DNA of 64,000 nt from Oikopleura dioica (lineage: Eukaryota > Animalia > Chordata). The translations under genes and the position numbers were made by a program. Location of the stretch: assembly GCA_907165135.1 (NCBI GenBank), contig OU015567.1, positions 15,128,001-15,192,000 of the forward strand. The letters run 5' to 3'. A model generated the notes under the pieces. The model searched no databases. It saw only the letters and a list, made by a program, of their open reading frames with translations, and was not told the origin of the DNA. Positions 36,701-47,747 of the stretch are shown in pieces (position 1 is the stretch's first letter; each line of letters opens with the position of its first letter).

Positions 36701-37669
36701 AGGCCTAAAAGCTGTGAAAATGGTAATTTGTAAGGTGATGAGGGTCGATAGGACTTTGAGCCGTAAGCGGCGGATCATCCGGACTGGGTTGCGTAATCTG
36801 AGAGCAGGAGCGATTTGTTCGCTGCAGCTGATCCGAAGAAAGCATTGCCTGAAGAAAGCAATCTTCAAATTCGAATGGTCTGAGTGATTTTGAGCTTGAG
36901 CCAGGGAATCATCTTTTTCCAGGCGTGGAGAATTGGTGGGTGCGAAGAAGAAACCGCGGAAGAGAATTAAAGCCTATTTAGGGTATTCCTTCTTGCGGTG
37001 TAATCCGAGGCAGACGCGTGGTGGAGGTGGTGGGGCGGGATAAAGTGGCCAAATTTGTGCAAAATGCTCGTCGCGGTCAGACCTGGCGGTTCTCGGCTGA
37101 ATTAAGATGCGGCTGCATTTTTTATTAGGCATAGTCGGGAATTTTAGACTCTTCTCTTTCCAGCGCACTGCGCATCTGATGAAATTATGGAATAAATAAA
37201 GATGGATATTCTATTTTTATTCTGTTTGAATAGAAATTATTCGAATGTGTTCCGGTGAATGATCATCGCAAAGATGGGAATCGTGTTTTTGCTCCACTGC
37301 CAGTGGAAGATATAATTTATTCCCACCGCGCTACATTTCCGCAGCTCTATCCTCTCGAAAGAATAATTATTCGAAGAGGACAAAGGTGCGTGGTTTTGGC
37401 CACTTCCCCTCCAAGGTCAAAAACGAGCTGGTATCCGGCTTGAATGAAAATAAGCGTGGAGACACTCGAGGTGACACTTCCGCGGTTGTATTAACGCCCG
37501 TCAACCGGTTAAATTATATAATCACCGGCCCGTGCATTAGCACGTGACAACATACATTTGAATTTACAAGGATTTACCATTTACGCACGCGGGAAAGTCT
37601 CGGAAATCCACGATCTCCAGTCAAATGGAACTTCAATTTCAAAAAAAAAAATATAACTTGTTAATTTAG

Positions 37670-39256
37670 GTTTCTACCACTCGTTCGCGGAGTTGATCGA
37701 GTCCCGCTCGGGGATTGAGGACTTTCTCAACTTCCTGAGCAGCTCGGACTCTTCTTCATCTTCCTCCTCTTCGTCCACAGAGTCTTCAGAAGGCTATCAT
37801 CTGCTAAAACTCTGGCTGACGATCCGTGGCTATCGAGCAGAGTTTTCGAGGAAAGCCTCTCAAGATGTCCCTCCCAAATTCTTGAAATGGAATATCAAGT
37901 GCTGCAACAAGATCGCTCTCAGCTACGCAAAACAAATCAACAATTTCCCCAGTACTTCAAATCAGCTTACTTCGCTAAGAAAGACAACTACCAGCACAAT
38001 CGAGAAAGTCGAAGAAATGCGGGTGAAGGCAAATCTCGTGAAATCAACGATGATCACGCTTATGGCCGAGATTGAGAGTCAATTGAAGCTGAAGCATTTT
38101 CTGTCTTTTGTCAAGGCAAGAAAACCGGCTAACGATCGAGTTCCGGAAATTCTTTCTTTGGTGAGTAAAAATTTTAAGAAATCGAAAAATAAAATTTGTC
38201 CCTAGAATTCGATGTTTCCAACTGATTCCGACACCAATTCGAGCTCCAAGAAACTGACTCCTCGACCAGTAAAAGAAGCAGAAATTGCCACGAAACGCCC
38301 AGATATCTTCGCTGAACGGCTCATCGAAAAACTCAACCGGCTCGTTTCCGTAAGTAAAAACAGTCACTTACAGTTTCTTGGAAAATCATCTGTTGCGTCT
38401 ATTTATGTCGCTTAGAGGGGGTTAGCATCCGTTTGTTAGATCAATCGAGTACATCAAAGTCGCCCCCGCCGTTGGCACCTCGGCTTCTAATGACGCGTTA
38501 ATTGCGGAAAATCTTACTGTTTATATTTACTCGGGAAAGCACCTTTTGAAATTTCAAATCCGAAATTCGTTGTTCTCAATTATAAAATTAAAAATTCAAA
38601 TTTTCAGGAATCGACTGAAGTTGTACCCACCGTCCTCAAGCCAAAAAGCTCGCCCAAGTGGAAACTTCCTGTTTCGAAAGATTCTTACAACACAAAGGTA
38701 AATTCATTATCCCAATTTCTTCCAAGAAACCTATAATTCCTAGGTTGGCGACTGGCTCGAGAGGAATCATACCAGCTCTCCCCAACTAGACATCAATACG
38801 AAACGAGTCTCCATCATCAAACCTGACGCCAAAGCAGCTGTGCTTCCTCCACCACCAAAGCAGCACACTCGACCCACTCGCCATGTTGGTTCTTCCGTTC
38901 TGAGCTCCGATTCCGGTCTTGATTCGCTCAAGGTCGACCATCGTGCATGCGAAAATTCCGACGAGATCAACGCCATCAAAAGGAGATTGATTTCCGACCT
39001 GGAAAGTCAGCAAGAAAAACCCCCAAATCAGCCCCCAAAGCAGACGAAAGTCATCTACCACTACAAAAACGAGACATTTGTAATCCGCATCGAAGAAGCT
39101 ACCCTGGCCCATCTAATGAAGAAATTCCACGATCAGAAAATCGCCAAAGAAAGTAAATTCTTCATCAAGCAAAATGACGGCGCCTGGGCGGAACAATCGT
39201 ATCTTCACCAGAAACTCGCCACAGAAAACGACCTCGTTGAAGCAAGAGTTGTTTGA
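37670..39256 (+). CDS. AXIN: Highly divergent Axin (RGS, GSK3-binding helix, DIX); 5' exon unresolved
   Basis: Exons 37670-38160, 38206-38349, 38608-38697 and 38744-39256 splice in frame through GT-AG introns. RGS: LIESRSGIEDFLNFL..LLKLWLTIRGYR..EIESQLKLKHFLSFVK. GSK3 helix: PDIFAERLIEKLNRL. EINAIKRRL. DIX: TKVIYHY..ATLAHL..SKFFIK..LVEARVV*. Confidence 0.8.
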
Positions 39257-40218
39257 TCGAATTTTTTCTGTAAATATGAAAATTGAACTTGTTAGTTATC
39301 AAATGACTGTATTAATTTATTCAAACTTCTGCTAAAGTACATACAATAAACTGCCCATTGTTCAACACTTTCGATTCTTGTAAGAACTGTCAGTCCTGCC
39401 AGCTACATGTCCAGCGAGGTAATAGCAGATGTAGGCTTTTGCGGATTACAAGCAAAAAATTGAGCCGCTTTGGGTGCGTGAAAAGGCCACAATCGCGTTC
39501 TGTGGCCAGCGAACGGGCTCATCCATTCTAGCCAGTTTGAGTAATCTGTTTCCACCAAACAAAATTAACACCGCACCGAAGTCGGAAACTGCACCTCCAA
39601 ATAAATTAGTGGCAATGCAAATATCAAAATTGTTTGTGCTCGCAATCGTCTGAGCGGCTATTTTGAGAAGAGGTTTTTGTTGCTAGTGAAAGCAAAAAAC
39701 CAAAGCTGAGTGTTTGGAAAGCAATTTCGCAAATTGGAAGATGGCATCTTTGCTTGTTTCCATATTTTGAGCGAGTGGTACAAAGAACTCTTTTATTAAA
39801 AATATATTCAGAAATTAAATTTCTGAAAAAAAGTTCCCATGAAATCAATAGTTGCTTGAAGACGCCGCGTTTATTTTTCCAGAGCTCATTCAAAATGGCA
39901 GCCCGCTAAAATCCAAGCAAAAATGTTGTGAGAATGTGCAAATGGAGATTAGCCCGCTTCTTAGTCTGACTTTTGACATGTGAAAGTTTTCGAAAAACAG
40001 CACTGAATAAATCTTGGCGGAATATAACACGAATGAGGTATCTCTTATTCTTGGAGGCAGGAGGAGGATTTTCATTTTCTATCACCATTTCGATAATATT
40101 AAATTTCAAATAGATTATCTCAAAAATATGATATCGGTTTTCGATCCGATTTCTAGAACATTTATTGTTGATTTGGTATAAAAGGGAACTAAATTTTAGT
40201 TGAAGCTCAGATCACAAG

Positions 40219-41786
40219 ATGCCACCCCAACGACGACACGGTCACCTCCGACAGCAGTATGAAAACTCGATGTACAGTCAGGTAGAGTATCGGGTTCTAG
40301 AAAAATTTGTTGATTTTTTGAAATTTTGAACATTTTTCTTGGAAACCAAGCGAGTCTCTAGAACAAATTTTGTGTTTCAGTCGAGCAATCGAAGCAGCAT
40401 TTATGCTCCCTTCATGCCAGATGGACCGGCTTATCATCATCATCATCAAGAGGCCCAAATTCCAAAGCCCCAAATTCCAAAGCGAAATGTCGGAGGATTT
40501 TCTGACCAAAGATCCGAAACGGTAAAAGCAAGGTTAACTGCGGTTCTTGAATCATTTTTAGTCGAGTGCATATAATGATTTCATCGGCCTAACTCCAACT
40601 GAAGAGAAGAAATGCGATTCCGAAATTTCATCCAAGCTTTCCAGTCTAATTGAATCCCGTTTCGACGACCAACGCGATGAAACTAAAGAACTGATAACGA
40701 AAGCAGCTTCTGAAATCAAGGAAGACGCCAAGGGGAACGCGAGCGATCTATCGTCAAAGTTGGACGATATGAATAAAAGAGTGACGAAGTTGGAGGAAAA
40801 GTCAATTACGAGAAAAGACTTGACTGCACTTTTCGAATCTGGCAAAGCGGCATTGATGGTCGATCTAAAGCAAGAAATCGACAAGAAGGCGAAAGAATTG
40901 AGCGCCGACTATACAATTTCCAGAAACACTGCTTCGCAAGGAGTCCAGTGTTCCATGTCCCAGGTACAATGAACACTGATTTAAGCGGTCGTTAAAACTT
41001 TATCTAGGAAAGCATTTGCTCAACGCCTGAAGTGCCGAAAAAGAAACGGAGGAAGCGATGCGATTCGACTCCGCCAGCTAGCCCGATGCGTCAATCTCAG
41101 GGCATCACGAAACGGCGGTCGGGATCGAAGAAGTTCTTGTCTGAAAAGCCTGCAAAGCTTGGTCTTCAAATGGCCGACGTGAACAAGAAAAGAAAGGTAA
41201 ATAAAAAAAGTGATGCTTAAACTAAAGCAGATGCTTAGACTCGACGCTTCAGCGATCGTCTCGGGGCTGAAGAAGATGAATTCTTCCTTTCATTGCGTCC
41301 GACTACACCAGAGATGCCTAAGAGAGAAAAACGGCCTAGACGGATTGATATATTAAGGTAAATGTACCTCATAATTTAATCTTTTTAAATCAAAAATTTT
41401 AGAGAAGAAGATTCGCCGGTTTACCCAAGAACATGTCCTCCTCGGCCAAGAACGCAGAAAAAACCGGCTCCGTGCCTTCCTGTTCCAATCTTCAGGGATG
41501 AAACTCTCGAAGTTATTCCTGAAAATTACGGAGATTCATCTGAAGATGATACTTACCGAAGATCTCAGGTAAGATAAATTGACATGGAATCAGAAAATTG
41601 ACAAAATTTATTAAGATTACGCCCGGAACAATTCTTCAGAGAAGAAGAAGAAAAATCAGGACCTCGAAAAGTATCTTCGATTTTTCAAAGGGAGAGAGTT
41701 CTAGCGACGAAACCACAATTTCTGTCGACTCTTCCCACGAAAACTACCGAACTTCTGAATACGGAACACAAGATGGTTCTTTTTGA
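40219..41786 (+). CDS. Multi-exon orphan protein with coiled-coil and basic regions
   Basis: Open exons bounded by GT-AG short introns (e.g. 40381-40520, 40563-40965); boundaries approximate. Confidence 0.5.
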
Positions 41787-42427
41787 TTTTAAAAATCCTG
41801 AATAAGTTCAACCACTCTCCTCAAACCATTGATCTACTTTCCTACATCCTACTTCATTGATCTGTCCTACTTTTTCATCCTCGTTTGTTACGAACGATAA
41901 TTCTTATTTTTTTTTCTATTTTCCATTTTTATGGCCCACTATATTTTCTATGTTTGTTTGCCTCTTTAGAGTTCTTGTGTCTGTTTTGTCTTCTACCAAC
42001 ATTCCAAATCATTGAAAATTTCTCATCTCCCAATATATTATCTGCCATTTATCGCCAAATATACTCAATGAATATTTTCCATCAATATTGCATCAATATC
42101 AATTTTATTGTTTGAAAACTGATATTGATTCTTTCGTTGTAAGGCTTTCTTTTTCATAAACCTATTAACCCATTACTTGCTTGCAATAAGTACTTGACGT
42201 TTTTAGTGGTTCCGCTCCAGCGGAGGGGATTGAGTTCAGGTTGATAGAAAGGTAGATTGCACCTGATCTTATCAGAGCATAAAATGAACCACCGCTTGTT
42301 ACGGTCGCAAGGTGGCTAGCGCCAAATAAATCGGCGAGCGATTTCAGAATTCTCATCAAACAATCAGCTTCTTTTCTCAAACCAACAAAGACAAAAAGCA
42401 AAGAGACAAACTAACCAAACAACAAAA

Positions 42428-43360
42428 ATGAAGGTCCTCAGCCTCTTCTTCACCCTCAGCTGTGCCCTCGATGAGATGCTTCTCATGATGATGATGCAGC
42501 AACAGCAGCAAGTCGCTCCCGGCCAGACTTCACAAATGAACATGATGCTTCCCCTTCTTCTCATGGATTCAGACAACAACTCCACTGACAACTCTATCGC
42601 TCTCATGATGATGATGATGCAAGGCGGCAGTACCTCGGACATGAACTCGATCCTTCCTCTTCTCCTTCTCTCCGACGATGACTCGTTTGACGACGGCATC
42701 GACTTCACCAGCTTCTTCCTCTTCTCCTCCATGCTCCAGACCGACTGCGCCACTTCCACCGACGACCAGTTCAACATGATGCTTCCAATGCTTCTCATGG
42801 GCGACGACAACAGCACTTCCTCCGATTTGATGCTCATGATGATGATGCAGACCATGGGCGACTCTCCCGTCGGAATGGAAAACATCATGCCCCTTCTCTT
42901 CCTCCTCGACGACGACTCCAGCGTCTCCAGCGACAGCATTTTGCTCATGGTCCTCCTGAACTCGATGACCGGGGGCCTCAACTCCCAGCAAGGATTCGAC
43001 AACAACTTCAACATGATGCTCCCTCTTCTCCTCATGGACGACGACAGCTCCTCCGACAGCAGCTCAACTGACATGCTTGTTCTTATGATGGCCATGCAGT
43101 CTCAGGCCCCCAACTCTGCTTTCGGCACCGACATGATGCTCCCTCTTCTTCTCATGGACGACAGCGGCGACAACGAGACCCTCCTGTTCTTCATGATGAT
43201 GAACCAGGGCAAAACCAAGTGCGAGCCCGAAGTCGTCTATGTCCAGCCAGAGCCAGAAGTCGTCGTTGTTCAACCCGAGCCCGAAGTGCAGACCGTCTTC
43301 CGAACCTGGAGAGTCAACGCTGATGGCACCCGAGAACTCATTGAAGAAACCACTGATTAA
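42428..43360 (+). CDS. Intronless 310-aa Met/Leu/Asp/Ser-rich repeat protein (copy 2, inverted)
   Basis: Only about ten residues differ from 24294-25226; homology extends about 130 bp upstream. Confidence 0.85.
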   Translation: MKVLSLFFTLSCALDEMLLMMMMQQQQQVAPGQTSQMNMMLPLLLMDSDNNSTDNSIALMMMMMQGGSTSDMNSILPLLLLSDDDSFDDGIDFTSFFLFSSMLQTDCATSTDDQFNMMLPMLLMGDDNSTSSDLMLMMMMQTMGDSPVGMENIMPLLFLLDDDSSVSSDSILLMVLLNSMTGGLNSQQGFDNNFNMMLPLLLMDDDSSSDSSSTDMLVLMMAMQSQAPNSAFGTDMMLPLLLMDDSGDNETLLFFMMMNQGKTKCEPEVVYVQPEPEVVVVQPEPEVQTVFRTWRVNADGTRELIEETTD

Positions 43361-43591
43361 TCAAGCCTCCGCGAAACCAACTTTTAAGCAAACTGTTTAG
43401 CTTAATTTTCCTTCAATTTCTTTCTTATTTATCGCTCTTATTTTCCCCTCATGTGCTTATTACTCTTAATATTGCCAATAAATGTAAAATAACTGACATC
43501 TTTTTGCTTTTTTTTTTTATAAAAAAGTGTATTGAAGTGCAGATAATCGAAAAAATAGGGAAAAAAGACAGCTTTGTATCAAATTCAAAAG

Positions 43592-44320
43592 TCAAAGAAA
43601 TCGTATGTCTGACTTTGGTTTCGGAAGGTTGACTTTTCTCTTCTCTTTTGCTTTTTTCATCTCGGCTTCGTCAATCAGCTTCTGAGCTTCGATATCTTCC
43701 TGTAGTTTCTCAGAGTAATCGAAAGGGTCGTCTGCTCCAAAGCGTGAAATCATGACATCATCATCGTCCATCGAAAGGTCAGGCATTGTAAAGTTTCCTT
43801 TTTCTTGGAATTTATTTCTTTGAAGGCTTCCGAGCTTTCGTGCTCCTGGAGTTTCGATTTCTTCGTCTACGATTGAGGAAGCATCACTTTCCTCGCCTTC
43901 GAGCATAGGAATAGAGGAATCGCTGCTGGAACTGCTGCTGTAGTCGTCGTATCTTTTCTTCGGAAGTGATTCGGCAACCATCGCCGGTTTTTCAAAACAA
44001 ATTTTTTGAGTTTCCGAAATGTCCATTCCCGTCATTTTTACAGTGATGCTCTCTGTTTCGTCGATTCCAAATGTCTTCACGAAAATGTCCCGTCTCCATC
44101 TTGAGTAAGTTCTGTAATTCAGCGGCTTCCAGCATTCTCTCTTACAGATGTTTTGCAGCTCGTCGAATGTGTTGCCATCATCGATCAATTTGCACAGTTT
44201 TCTCTTGATTACTTTTGCTTCCTAACAATTTAATTATTTGATTCCTTCAAATGTCCTTTACCTTTATTCTCCACTTGAAGTGCTCTTTGAATTTTCGGTT
44301 CATTTTCTTCCGGATCCACA
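43592..44320 (-). CDS. Orphan protein with a possible N-terminal helix-turn-helix and an acidic/Ser-rich tail
   Basis: 198-codon ORF plus an upstream exon; KRKLCKLIDDG..FDELQ..YRTYSRWRR loosely resembles CENP-B/psq-type HTH. Confidence 0.4.
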
Positions 44321-44806
44321 TTGAAAATTCTGTAATAAAAGGATGGCGTCGTTTTCGCGGTTTTCCCATCTTTTCTTTTTCTTCTTTGAAAAACAGTTTT
44401 ATTCATCATTCTAGAAAAATAAAATTTTCATTTTTTATTCTAGTGTTATCTCCCTCTTCCTTTGACAGTCGTTTTCTTGTGGATGGAAGAGCGCCGCGCG
44501 CTTATCCAATCAGAGAGAAGTAAAAGTTCTCACTTGGAACCGGAGGACCTTATTTCAAATTTTAAAAAAAGAGAAAAGAGGAAAAGTGAAGCCTTTTTTT
44601 AATTTTATCAATTTATATTCTGATTGCTGTGCATCCGCGTTAACTTTGAACTCCACTGTATACTGACTTTTATTCTTTACTATGATTGTATATTATTTTG
44701 AATACTGTTATTTCAGACTGATCCAGAGAGAGTCAACTTTTTACCTTTGTCTATGGCCGCTAAAGGTTAGTTAATAATTCGGTTGGCTGAAGAATATGAA
44801 GATTGT

Positions 44807-45899
44807 ATGGCAGCCGCACCCCCTTTTTCGCAAAGGATATTTTGCGTCTCAGGAGCTCAGTCAGCAAAAACACCTGCTCATTTTGCATGCGTTGCTGAAT
44901 ATCGGAAGATAGACTGTTCTCTGCTAGACAATATCGGGTCATTTTTGATGCTGATTTCAGGTTCGCTTGATGACGATGAAAAATGGGAAGCGTTCAAAAA
45001 TGGCATGAAACAGGCGACGAAGAAGACACATGACGTCCAAGATTTGGCGATTAACGGATTATTCGTCCTAAGGAAACGTTCATCTGACCGTTCCATCTGT
45101 AGATTATTCCTTCTTTCCTTTTCCTTATGACAGTATTTGAACCTCAAAAAGCCTTTACACAGGCCGTAGCGACTCTCTCTGGATCGAAGCGCTTTCAAAG
45201 TTCCACTACATTTTCAAAGAGCTAGAAACGGCGTTTCAAGAAAACAAGGAGCTCGAAGATTTCGACATCCCTGGAATTCCCGTTTCGCATTTGATGAAAG
45301 AAGATGTTTGTCAATTTCTTTCAAAAGACGCTCCTCCTCCTTCTCCGGCGACAACAGAATGGATACGAAACATCAGAAGCTTACTGAAAACTAGTCCAAA
45401 GTCTGGGCTCTGCAACCTGTGTGGAACCCTGAGTCAGGGCCCACATTATTTGGGGAAAGCAGCTTTCAGATCTTTCAGTACCCTGACTCAGGTTTCTACA
45501 CAGGTTGCCGAGCCCAGTCAAAAGCTCGTTGCACCGTACATTTACCATATGTTCCTCGGCCTTTATTCAGGAGGCAAAATTTTGCGTCACAAATTTAAGC
45601 TCAAAGGTAAACCATCAGAAGGCGCTTTTATTCTAAAATTTCTCTAAGGAGAAGCGGTGAAGCTCGATGAAAAGGCAAACAACGTCAAGCCTGCATTGAG
45701 AGCAGCTTTCAAGAAGTTGTTCCTCGAAAACTCAGAGTTAGAGAATGAGTTTTACGCTCACTCGGAGAATATGTTTCGTCTCAACAACAAGATTATCAAA
45801 GAATGTGAGCTAGGAACGAATAAGCTCAAGGTTTTCTTCACTTGTACTGTTCTTTGTGTCTGTATTTCTGCAATTTACTCGTTTAAGTTCTTTCAATAA
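44807..45899 (+). CDS. HMOX: Heme oxygenase (invertebrate type) with C-terminal membrane anchor; start uncertain
   Basis: MKQATKKTHDVQD (proximal His helix), FHYIFKELETAF, LVAPYIYHMFLGLYSGGKIL (distal GG motif), SENMFRLNNKII, hydrophobic tail VFFTCTVLCVCISAIYSF. Confidence 0.82.
45403..45517. mobile_element. MITE family A, short form, inserted in the heme oxygenase coding sequence
   Basis: CTGGGCTC...GAGCCCAG termini; TSD TCCAAAGT / TCAAAAGC. Confidence 0.92.
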
Positions 45900-46017
45900 T
45901 TCTTTTTCTTCAAAAATTTACCTTTCAAGCCCAATATTTGTTCTATCTTCTTGATTCAAGTCTTAAAAATTGTCTTCAGTATCAACTGTATCAATGTAAT
46001 TTCTGGGAGAGTGTCCC

Positions 46018-46050
46018 CTGGGCTTGGTTCTACACAGGTTACCAAGCCCG
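46018..46050. mobile_element. Minimal remnant of MITE family A
   Basis: CTGGGCTTGGT-TCTACACAGGTT-ACCAAGCCCGG. Confidence 0.5.
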
Positions 46051-46238
46051 GAGTCTGGCCCCCAGATTGTCCCACTCTTTTCTTTCAGCCTTCCGTTAAA
46101 TGTTCCGTATTCGATTCATTGTGAACCCAAATTCTTCCAAAAAATATTCAACTCAAAGCTGACCCTTTTTTCTTCAGAATAACTCGAAAGGAATCAATCG
46201 CCCGGGTACTTTGGAAAAAGTAGATTCGATTCGGCGTC

Positions 46239-47023
46239 ATGGAGAACATCAAAAACGTCAAAATCACCAATCTCGAGAAGGGTCGTTTCGTCAAACCCCT
46301 CCTCGTCGATTTTGAACAAGACGGCAATGCGCGAAAATGGGAAATGGTCAAATTTGGCAACGCCGTCTTCATCGTCATTTTCAACAAAGACACGAACTCT
46401 TTCGTCCTGGTCAAGCAGTTTCGCCCAGCAGTTTACGCTAGAAAAATGCTCGAAAGCGGGAGCGAAGAAGAGCTGCCAGCATCAGAAGGAGTGACGCTTG
46501 AGCTCTGCGCGGGTCTGATCGACAAACAAGGAAAATCCGTCGCACAGCATGCGAAAGAAGAGATTCTCGAAGAAACTGGCTACGATGTTTCTCTTGACAA
46601 AATAGGTACAGTAATAGCTCGTTCTTAGATCGGCATCCTGTCTGAAAACCTGAGTCAGCTTTGTTACTCTCTCTTTCAGGACCCTGACTCAGGTTTGTAC
46701 ACAGGTTGCCGACTCGAGTGCTCCTCATTGAGCATATCATTTACTAATACCAGTCTTCAGAACCTATCAAGCGATTTGTCGGCGCGATTGGCATCGCTGG
46801 CATTGAAAACACCATGTACTACGCAGAAGTCTCTAACGCCGACCGAAAAACAGCTGGCGGAGGCATCGACAGTGAAATGATCGATGTTGTCGACATTCCT
46901 TTCGCCGAAATGAAAAAAATGGTCACAGAACCAAACGACACTGAGATGGTGAACTTTGACGCGAATTTGATGATGGGAGTTTACTGGTTTCTCAATTCCA
47001 AAGCTGCTTCTTACAATCTTTGA
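46239..47023 (+). CDS. NUDT14: Nudix hydrolase, UDP-sugar diphosphatase (NUDT14-like), two exons
   Basis: FVLVKQFRPAVY, GVTLELCAGLIDK..AKEEILEETGY (Nudix box); exon 2 TMYYAEV..EMIDVVDIP. Confidence 0.88.
46624..46718. mobile_element. MITE family A, short form, in the NUDT14 intron
   Basis: CCTGAGTCAG / CCCTGACTCAGG cores. Confidence 0.8.
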
Positions 47024-47116
47024 TACGACTTTTGTTTCTGGATTTTATTTTTTTTTTCATTCGTGCATAATTAATAAATTGATAAAATGCAGTCTTCAGT
47101 CAAATTCAAAATAATC

Positions 47117-47555
47117 TCAGGAGTCCATGAAATCGGCGATCATCTGGGAGTTGAGATCCGAGTAATCGAATGGCTTCTCAATTTTGTCACATGCTTCGCT
47201 TTGCAAGACTTGAAAAAGATTCACGTCATTCTATAATCGGAATAAACTTACTTCCCAGCTGGCAAAGAACGCTTGCGGAATCAACAAAAGCTCCATAATA
47301 TGAAACGATGGATATTCAAACTGATTTATTCTGGGCCCTGCAACCTGCGTAGAAGCCTGAGTCAGGGTCCCGAAAGAAAAATAAGACTACGCTTTCTCAG
47401 GGCCCTGACTCAGGTTTCTTAGCCCAGGCTTTATTGAAAAAGCTAGAGTATATTCTTGAAAATTTCATGTTTTGAATATCCGAAACAACGTCATTTTCTC
47501 GCATCGCAGTGCAAAAACTAAAAGTCAAAAAGAAAATAATTTGCATAGCTTTCAT
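47117..47555 (-). CDS. Small putatively secreted protein, tandem copy 1 (contains an in-frame TGA; may be a pseudogene)
   Basis: MKAMQIIFFLTFSFCTA leader; last exon LQSEACDKIEKPFDYSDLNSQMIADFMDS* differs from copy 2 mostly at synonymous sites. Confidence 0.45.
47331..47427. mobile_element. MITE family A, short form
   Basis: CTGGGCCC...GCCCAG termini; TSD GATTTATT / GCTTTATT. Confidence 0.9.
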
Positions 47556-47747
47556 TTTTAGATCTTAGCAAATGATTTTACCGTCGATAGAACACAAGAT
47601 TGCTCTGTCATGAATAAATTAACTGAACATAGAGCGCATCACTGGTGATAATGTATTTTTACGGTAGCTATTTCAATATTCTATTGAGTAGCCTTACAGT
47701 ACATAAATGTATTTTGTCACGTGTTGTTGCCGCCGAGAGCTCTGTTT

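Noticed and set aside
9429-39256. Frizzled and Axin as a Wnt gene cluster
   Set aside because: They are 23 kb apart with unrelated genes between them; this is likely chance in a compact, scrambled genome.
25300-42300. Region between the inverted genes as a Polinton or giant transposon
   Set aside because: No integrase, polymerase or capsid ORFs and no TSD; the inverted repeats are host-like genes and Axin lies inside.
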